From: the human T2T-CHM13v2.0 reference genome, Homo sapiens
Length of the DNA: 64,000 nucleotides
Assembly: GCF_009914755.1 (NCBI RefSeq)
Contig: NC_060925.1
Direction: 5' to 3' (one strand)
This document shows positions 52,046-64,000 of this stretch, piece by piece (position 1 is the stretch's first letter; each line of letters starts with the position of its first letter). A program made the translations under genes and the position numbers. The notes beneath the pieces are model-generated. The model saw only the letters and a program-made list of their open reading frames with translations. It did not search any database and was not told where the DNA came from.

Positions 52046-53011
52046 TAATTTTGTTATATGAACAGTAATGTCAAGCCATTTTTCTCCTTGTTAATTCAGT
52101 GTCACTGAACATATGAAAAGTTTATAGACACTTCTTGTTTTCTTAAAATAATTTTGACATCATTGAGCTTTGAGTAGTGAATTATTCATTGGAGCTTCTG
52201 GACATAGCCCGAACAATCTGCCCTCCCAAGAACTTACTGAAGAAAACTTCAACTGTGTATGACTTCAATCCAAAATATACTTGTCTGCCTCCAGTTTTTC
52301 CTATAGATACCAGGAAGGGGTGTCTTACTCAGTGTAGGAGAAAGGGAAGGAAACTATCGCGTATTGAGCTCCAACTTTGTGCTCAGTATATATCCAGCCT
52401 TTTGCATGTATTAACTCACTTGATATGAGTTATGTGGGGAGAAAGGTGACCATTCAGAAGCCTGTTACCAAGTAATTCTCACTGGGAACATCCCAGGGCA
52501 ATGCTGCCAATTCCCTTGGCATTCTACTTTTAGAAGAGTGGTGGTGAATGCTAAGATTTATAGTCGAACATATCCTGAGGTGATTTGAAAACTGCTACTA
52601 GATAAAAGTGAAATGAAATATTTTCATTTTAGCTGTTAAATTTCTCATTTTGTCATGAAATACCATAGTTAATGCTGTTTTCAGTTGTAATCTCTTGTAA
52701 ACTCATTGACTGTTAATGTTTAGTGGGCCCATAAACTAATTTGAATTGATCTGATTTTGCACAATCAAGCCCGTTACACTTGTTTCAATTTTTTGCATCA
52801 CAGCTTTAACATCTGGAAGCTATGAAAAGCACAACAGCCTGTCTAAAGAGACTGTCACAAGAAATCGTGTTAAAGGACATATTATTAAGACCTGGCTAAC
52901 CATTGGCACTAACGCTCCTGCCACGCTCTCTCCGCTTCTGTATCCAGCATTACAGATGGGAGTAGACAAGAGGGGTGGAGCATGCGTGGAAGGCTGCTCC
53001 GCAAGCCTTAG

Positions 53012-53031
53012 TTGGGAAATGCATTTCCCAA
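53012..53031. repeat. Perfect 20-bp palindrome TTGGGAAATGCATTTCCCAA
   Basis: Equals its own reverse complement. Confidence 0.95.
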
Positions 53032-53429
53032 AACAGATTATTTTCTAGGTACCTACTAAGCTCCCCAACCCATTCCCCCTCCCATTGCCCTCTCTGATTG
53101 GTTTATCCCAAGCAGTGATTAGTTCCTCAGTGATACTTTGGACTTAATCAGGGCTAGCTGACATATTCCTGGGGCAGAGTCAGAAATACTTTTGTATTCA
53201 AGATTCTGAACCATTATGTGTGTATCAGTATGGCTATATGTCTTTGTTCTTTCCTAATCATTATTCTTTGAAGAAGCTAATAAACAAATAAATCTGCCTT
53301 TGAAAGTGCAACATGTTAAAAAGAGTCCGCCTGTGATTATTTTCCAGACGTAGCAAGGGAGAATTAAGGCACCAAATTCATTCACATTTTTGCATGCATT
53401 CTTAACCTTGATTTAGATTAACATATATT

Positions 53430-53650
53430 TGTGCCTTTTGCCGTTATATTTTATTGCTTTTTGCATTTTTATTGGTTTGTAGGTTTTAAAATATATTTTG
53501 GATACAATCCTTCATCAGACATATGTATGAAAATATCTTCTCCTAATTTTTAGTTTTTCTTTTCACTCTCCCATTGATAGTTTTAATAAATATAAGTTCT
53601 TAATTTTAATGAAGTAAAATTTATCAATCTTTTATGATCGTTGCTTTTTA
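53430..53650 (-). mobile_element. Old L1M ORF2-region fragment
   Basis: 'tatattttggatacaatccttcatcagacatatg...aatatcttctcc...aagttcttaattttaatgaagt...aatttatcaat'. Confidence 0.65.
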
Positions 53651-53899
53651 AATTTTTAATGTATTTATTTTTTATTTCAAGATTTTTGGTAAACAGGTGA
53701 TGTTTGGTTACATGAATAAGTTCTTTAGTGGTGATTTGTGAGATTTGGTGCACCCATCATCTGAGCAGTGAACCTGTACCCAATGTGTAATCTTTTATCC
53801 CTCACCCCTTCCCATACTTTCCCCCGAGTCCCCAAAGTCCATTGTATCATTCTTATACCTTTGTGTCCTCATAGCTTAGCTCTCACTTACGATTGAGAA

Positions 53900-57951
<4,052 letters not shown>

Positions 57952-58687
57952 TCTGCCATTCTGTATCTTTTAAATGGAGCATTTAGGCCATTTACATTCA
58001 ACGTTAGTGTTGAGATGTGAGGTACTATTCTATTCATCATGCTATTTGTTGCCTGAAAACCTTGGTTTATTTTTCATTGCATAGTTGTTTTATAGGTCCT
58101 GTGATATTTATGCTTTAAGGAGATTCTATTTTGGTGTATTTCACACATTCATTTCAAGATTTAGAGCTCCTTTTAGAAGTTCTCATGGTGCTGGCTTGGT
58201 AGTGGCAAATTCTCTCAGCATTTGTTTGTCTGTAAAAGACTATCTTTCCTTCATTTATGAGGCTTAGTTTTGCTGAATACAAAATTCTTGGCTGATAGTT
58301 GTTTTGTTTAAGGAGGCTGAATATAGGACCCCAGTCCCTTCTAGCTTGTAGGGTTTCTGCTGAGAAATCTGCTGTTAATCAGATTCTTTCCTTTGTTGTG
58401 ACTTTAGATAACCTGATGACTATGTGCCTAGGTGATGATCTTTTTGCAATGAATTTCCCAGGTGTTCTTTGAGCTTCTTGTACTTGGATGTCTGGGTCTC
58501 TAGGAAGGCCAGAGAAATTTTCCTCGATTATAGCTCCAAATATGTTTTTGGAAAAACTCTGACTTTTAGACTTATCTTCTTCCTCAGGAACACCAATTAT
58601 TCCTAGGCTTGGTCATTTGACATAATCCCAAACTTCTTGGAGTTTTTGTTCATTGTTTTTAAATTTTTTTTTTTTGTCTTTAATAGA

Positions 58688-59095
58688 TCAGGTTAATTGA
58701 AAAGCCTTGTCTTTGAGCTCTGAAGTTTCTTCCTCTACTTGTTCAATTCTATTGCTGAGACTTTTCAGGGCATTTTGCAATTCTCTAAGCATGTCCTTTA
58801 TTTCCAGAAGTTGTGATTGTTTTATATTTATCCTCTCTATCTCACTGGAGATGTTTCTATTAGTATCCTGTACTATGTTTTTGATTTCTTTGAGTTGGAC
58901 TTCATCCTTCTCTGGTGCCTCTTCAATTGGCTTAATAGTCAACATTCTGAATTCTTTTTCTGGCAATTCAGAGATTTCGTCGTGATTTGGATCCATTACT
59001 GGTAAACTAGTGTGATCTTTTGTGGGTGTTAAAGAATCTTGTTTTGTCATGTTACTGGAATTGTTTTTGGTCCTTCTCACTTGGGTAGATGTCAA
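58688..59095 (-). pseudogene. L1 ORF1p N-terminal/coiled-coil remnant
   Basis: MDPNHDEISELPEKEFR...LLEIKDMLRELQNALKSLSNRIEQVEEETSELKDK, typical of L1PB ORF1; truncated by a stop. Confidence 0.88.
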
Positions 59096-60077
59096 AGGGA
59101 AGATATAGGACTTAAGGGCTGCTGTTGAGATTCTTCTGTCTCATGGGATGCTCTGTTAATGTGGTGCTCTCCCCTTTCCCCTAGGGATGGGGCTTCCTGA
59201 GAGCTGAACTAACTGTAGTGATTTAGCCACCCAGTGGAGCTACCCAGCTCTGGGCTGGTACCAGGGAATATCTGCAAAGGTCCTGTGATGTGATCTATCT
59301 TCAGGTCTCTCAGCCATGGATACCAGCACCTACTTGGTGGAGGTAGCAGGGGAGTGAAGTGGACTCTGTGAGGGTCCTTGGTAGCATTTTTGTTAAGTGC
59401 ACTGGTTTTGTGTTGGTTAGCCTCCAACCAGGAGGTGGCACTTTTAAGAGCACATTAGTTGCAGTAGTATAGGGAGGATCAGGCAGTGGGTGGGGCCATA
59501 GAGCTCCCAAGAGGCTATGTCCTTTGTCTTTGGCTACCAGGGTGAGTAGAGACAGACCATCAGGTGTTAGGCATATCTGATTTCTGACTCTCCATGGACA
59601 AGGCTTGCTGCCCAAGGAGTGTGGTTTCCAGGCCAATGGAGTTATGTTCCCAGGGGGATTATGGATGCCTCTACTGTGTCACACAGGTTGCCAGGGAAGA
59701 GGAGGAAGGCCAGCAGCCACAGGCCTCACCCAGATCCCATGCAGCCCTCCTCACCCTCCGCCAACAGCACTGAGTTTATTTCCAGGCAGCTGGTGGTCAG
59801 AGCTGAGAATTTGCCCCAGGCACAGTTCCTTGGCTCTCCCATGGAGCCTGCAGTGGCAATCCACCACCTTCAAAGGGTCTGTGGATTCTCTCAGCTTTCC
59901 TGGTATGTTCTTGTGGTAGTTCTTGGAGCACAAGTTCATGATGTGGGTTTCCACATGCTTCTCTGTCTGTTCAAGTGGGAGCTGCAAGTTAGTCTTGCCT
60001 TCTATCCACCATTTTCCTACCTCTTTCACCATTTTAAATATATCCTCTACATACAGTATCAGCTTTTGCACATATGC

Positions 60078-60300
60078 ATGGCATAGAGGTTAAGAGAATG
60101 ATCTCTGAAGTCTGACTACCTGCCAGATCCTAACTCCACTACTTAGTAGTTGTGTGAATGGGGCAAAGTTTTTAACCTCTGTCAGCCTCAGTTTCCTTAT
60201 TTGTCAGGACTGTGTCTCATAGGATTGTTGTGAACATTAACTGATTTAAAGGAATTAGAACAGTGTTTGACATAAGATAAATGCCTAATGGATCTTTATC
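60078..60300 (+). mobile_element. MIR
   Basis: 'tggcatagaggttaagag...ctccactacttagtagttgtgtga...ttaacctctgtcagcctcagtttcctta...ctcataggattgttgtga'. Confidence 0.8.
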
Positions 60301-60534
60301 ATTAAGACTCTATGCATTTCCTAGTTATTTTAATAACAGTCTTATTCACAATCAGGCACTATACCCTTCCTGTGGAAAAGGGAAAAATACAGAAAATGAG
60401 TAAAAATGACATGTATTTCCCTTATCCCACCACTAAGAGGCAATTTATGTTACCATTTTGATGTGTTTCATTCCAATCATTTTTTTTTTACTTAATTAAA
60501 CTTTTCCACTTATTATCAATGGATATTATTATCA

Positions 60535-60680
60535 ATGTAACCTTGAGCAAATCATTTACCTCCTCTAAGCCTGGCAAACTTTGTATGTAAAATAAAGGTA
60601 ATTTAGTACCTACATTATAGGGCTATTGTGTGGATTAATTGAGTTATACCATGTAAATTACTTAGCTGGGTACTTGGCCT
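60535..60680 (+). mobile_element. MIR fragment
   Basis: 'tgtaaccttgagcaaatcatttacctcctctaagcct...agtacctacattatagggctattgtg'. Confidence 0.7.
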
Positions 60681-60684
60681 ATTT

Positions 60685-60765
60685 TTAGGTTAAACAACAT
60701 GAAATTGCCAATATTCACCTTTTTTTTTTACTATGAAAAAGGCAATTTCATACAGTCCATCCTAA
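60685..60765. mobile_element. MADE2 (mariner MITE), complete
   Basis: TTAGGTTAAACAACATGAAATTGCC ... GGCAATTTCATACAGTCCATCCTAA inverted termini, ~80 bp. Confidence 0.8.
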
Positions 60766-61062
60766 TGAGAATATCTCAATATACTTATTAGCTTTTTTGA
60801 TAAGGCTTTGCAGGGTGTGATGGTACACAGCAAATTGCCCTTGGGCTTCAGCCCACAAGGAGACCACACTCCTACAGGCAAGGAAACATTTGTTTAAAAA
60901 GAAACAAGCAAACACCTGCAAGGCAAAGCTGATCATGGCCTAACAAAGACAGGTTAAGTGTTGGAAGATTCCAAGCAAGGTAGACTACCTCCATCTGCAA
61001 GGATTCAGGGTGGCTCTATGATAAAGTTGACATCTGAGCCTGACTCAGAGCCTGAAGTCAAA

Positions 61063-61097
61063 CTTTCCTGACATTTCCTACCAAAATGTCAGGAAAG
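61063..61097. repeat. Perfect 14-bp inverted repeat with 7-nt loop
   Basis: CTTTCCTGACATTT (61063-61076) / AAATGTCAGGAAAG (61084-61097). Confidence 0.95.
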
Positions 61098-61549
61098 GCT
61101 TTCTAGGTAGAGGGAACATTCAAAGCAAAGAAAGAGCAGTAGGAATGTACAGTGTATAATTTCTTTGGTTAGAACATAGGGTACATGAGAGCTGGAGGTG
61201 GAAGGCAAAGCCTGTGTATTTTAACACTCAGCACAGTACTTGGGCCGTGGCTGGCACCTGGTATGTGCTTGAACCAGTGCATACTAAGGGATGTGAGCTC
61301 TGTTCAGTAAAAAAGAGAGTGGGACATTTTTGACCAAAGGAGTACAATTGTCAGTGCCATCCTTTGGAAAGTTGAGTTGGGGAATATATGTATCCTTGAA
61401 AACTTGAAGTGAAGCTCCTAGAGGCAGAGACACTTCTGTTTGTCCAGGGTCCTGCTAAGCTATCCAGCCTCATTTCCAACCTTTCCTTCCCTCCTTTTCC
61501 CCTACCTCCATCACAACTAATGTCTAACTCTGCTTAATTTATTTTAGTT

Positions 61550-61840
61550 CCTTCAACTTGCTGATCAAACCCTCTTGTGTCTCAAACCTTCATACGTGTT
61601 GTTGTGTCTGCTTTGAATCTCCTTCTCTTCACCACTTGGCCAACTCCTGCTCATCTTCCATCTCGGTGGATACATCATTTCTTGTAGAAGGCTTTCTCTG
61701 ACTCACTCTAGCCGGCAAATCTGGATAGCTTCTCTTCTGGGGACTCCCATAGCACCCTGTACTTCCCACATGTTATCTGTCTCTCTGTACTTGCCGCCTA
61801 ACTACTGCAGACTGAAAGTTCTAAAAGGGTGAAGACTATA
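61550..61840 (+). mobile_element. L2 3' fragment
   Basis: 'ttggccaactcctgctcatcttc...agaaggctttctctgac...actcccatagcaccctgtactt...agactgaaagttct'. Confidence 0.65.
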
Positions 61841-61849
61841 TAACCTATT

Positions 61850-62095
61850 GGCTAAAAGTGGGGATTGAGAGATATGTATAAACCTAGTTCTATATCCCGA
61901 TTCTGCAATTCAGTACTAGAATGACTTTGGATGAGTTACTTGATGTAGCTAACATTCATGTCTTATCTGTACAATGGAAATAATAACAGAGACTAACTTT
62001 AGGGTTGGTGTGAGGAATGAAATGTGGTAGCATAGGCAAAGTTTAGCAGAGTGCCTGTAATATAATTAAGACATCATAAGTACTTATTAAAATTT
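61850..62095 (+). mobile_element. MIR
   Basis: 'tgactttggatgagttactt...ttatctgtacaatggaaataataac...gggttggtgtgagga...ttagcagagtgcctg'. Confidence 0.65.
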
Positions 62096-62544
62096 TGCTG
62101 CTAGTAGTCACAATTGGACCCCTTGGAGTGCTCCACAGCAGCACACTACTGGGAGCATACTAGGTGTGCCAAATATTGTTGGATGATTGAAACAATGCCC
62201 GTGGAAATGATGAAGATGTAGATGTGAAAAATGTTTTAGAGGTAAGAGCCAATAGAACTTAGCAGTTTACCTAATTATAGGAGGAGACAAGGTAGTGGGC
62301 AGTCTTTAACTCAGGCCTGAGCCTAGAGAAAGGGAAGACCAGTGCTGCTTTTTTTTTTTTTTTTTTTTTTTGGAGCAGAAGTGGTGGGTGAGACAACATC
62401 ATCAATTCAGAACTCATTTAGGGAGCATACTGAGTTATATGTTTAGTAGCAAGCTCAACCAACATTTGGTCCTGGAGCTGGGGAAAGAAATTATAGATGG
62501 GAGAAAGGCATGAATTTCATTTTAAGAAGGGGGACTTTTTTGAG

Positions 62545-62715
62545 CCAATGCTTCTCTAACTTTAGTGTGCTTTGGAATAACCTGAGGAGGGTTTTAAGGG
62601 GCATGCTTCTGGGTTTTATCTCTATAGATTCTGATCAATAAGGTAGGTCTGTGGTGGAATATGCATTTTGACAAATAGCTTAGATGATTTCACTGTGACT
62701 TTGAACAAACTATTT
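62545..62715. mobile_element. MER5-like hAT-Charlie MITE
   Basis: 'caatgcttctctaactttagtgtgc...gaataacctgaggag...agattctgat...aatatgcattttgacaa...gatgatt...ctttgaacaaacta'. Confidence 0.6.
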
Positions 62716-62799
62716 ATTATGAGTTTCAGTTTCTACCCTTATTAAATGAGAATGGTATCTACCTTTTGTAGGGTGAAAAGGAGGCGAGAACACGCAGGG

Positions 62800-62832
62800 G
62801 TGTGTGTGTGTCTGTGTGTGCGCATGTGTGTG
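62800..62832. repeat. Interrupted (TG)n microsatellite
   Basis: Read directly from the sequence. Confidence 0.85.
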
Positions 62833-63544
62833 AAGGTTATATAAGGAAAGGAAGTAAAGAGTTTCTGGAAGAAAACATGGTATCCCATGTGGTATGACAA
62901 GTCAGTAAAGGAAGGAGCGAGTGAGAAATGAAAGAAGGTTAGTGAGTTTGACATGCAGAAGCCACAGATGAGAAAATTGTGTTCTTGGACAGAATACTAG
63001 GGCAGGAAGAGGTTAGGAAGAGGGCAATGGGTGTTCCTTACTAATAGAATATTTAATGACACAGAAAAACATTAATGACATGTTTTTAAGTAAAATATAG
63101 TATAAATCAGAATGACACTATGTTTTGTTATAGCTAAGTAGTTATATTATGGGCAGTTTTTATTTTCTCCTTTTCATCAATGGTATTTATTAATTTTTCT
63201 ACAGTTAAAGTATTGGTTTCATAACAAAAAATAAACAGTCTTGAATTTTCTGAGTGGAGCTGAAAGAAAAAAGGTATCTCTAGGGATTACAGGACGGAGA
63301 GAAAGGCCTTTTCTTTTAAGGTCAGAAAACATTTTTGCTTGCTCTTTAGAGAAGGTAGAGGTGTTGTCAGGTGAGGATGAAATCCTGGAAGAACCAATCT
63401 GGAATTGTGTCAGATTGAAGGGTTATCCTTAGAATGGAGAAGGGAGACATTTTATGAAGAATTTCAGAGACAACTGATGAAAATATTAATGACAATACAA
63501 GAGCTAAAAGTACTGTCCTTTACATGGGAATTTTCAAAATGCTA

Positions 63545-63800
63545 GTTCAATTGTTTTAAGATATTTTAATTAGAGCACGAAGTCACAGATTTGATCCCCT
63601 AATGGACCAGTTAACTTCTTCTCATTCCTAAAGGCTAAATAACTTAAGCTAACATCAGACACCTGTTTTGTAGAAAGATGTCAAGGGTCACCAAAACAAA
63701 AACACCATGCAAGAGAGGATGAATGGATCATTGCCAATTTATTGGTATCATGCAAGGAAAAGCACATATGTATTCATTACTAAGGTGCTCCAGTATGACT
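63545..63800 (+). mobile_element. MamSINE1-like ancient tRNA-derived SINE
   Basis: 'ttagagca...gtcacagatttgatcccctaatggaccagttaacttc...ggtcac...gagaggatgaatggatca...aaagcacat' follows the recalled MamSINE1 consensus in order. Confidence 0.55.
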
Positions 63801-64000
63801 TAGAACCTAACCTTACCTGAAGATCTGATTGAGGATGTAAAACCCTAAATCAAAGCTCACGTTGTAAAGTTTTCTTTCCTTGAAATGAACTGCCCGAAAA
63901 TGTTTGCCCATAGAGATCTAAGAAACACATTTTCAGGAAAATTGGTGCTTATCTGGACACTCGAGGGCATTGGTCACTGATTTCTAAGGCTGATGATTTA

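Noticed and set aside
59605-60086. Overlapping 104-155 aa ORFs antisense to the L1 5' UTR (ORF0-like?)
   Set aside because: A GC-richer UTR gives stop-poor frames. ORF0 is described for L1PA 5' UTRs, not this L1PBa type, and I see no similarity.
63545-63620. tRNA-like B-box-type sequence
   Set aside because: No cloverleaf; better explained as a decayed MamSINE1 head.

Overview
This is primate (most likely hominoid/human) AT-rich, non-coding genomic DNA. I found no recognisable host protein-coding exon, RNA gene, CRISPR array or prokaryotic feature. A large share of the window is interspersed repeat: 5 full-length Alus with target-site duplications (TSDs), a 5'-truncated L1PA4/5-like element (29961-31789), a near full-length decayed L1PB1-like element (~53655-60017) carrying an AluSc, an LTR10 (ERV1) solo LTR with an AP-1 tandem repeat, MaLR/MLT LTRs, DNA-transposon MITEs (MER20, MER53, MADE1, MADE2, MER5), a MamSINE1, and many MIR, L2 and old L1M fragments. 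Every ORF with a recognisable product is an L1 ORF1/ORF2 remnant or an Alu artefact. L1s and LTRs are mostly on the minus strand, which suggests (inference) a large intron of a + strand gene. I cannot identify that gene. The best leads are: the LTR10 AP-1 VNTR; a convergent pair of CTCF-like motifs, one spanning a MER53 junction; POU and PBX-HOX/MEIS motif clusters in unique DNA; candidate microexon, non-coding-exon and recursive-splice signals; and several perfect short inverted repeats that look like template-switch scars. I see no support for a new biological system. Repeat subfamily names come from recalled consensus sequences and need RepeatMasker/Dfam confirmation. Boundaries of old repeats are approximate.
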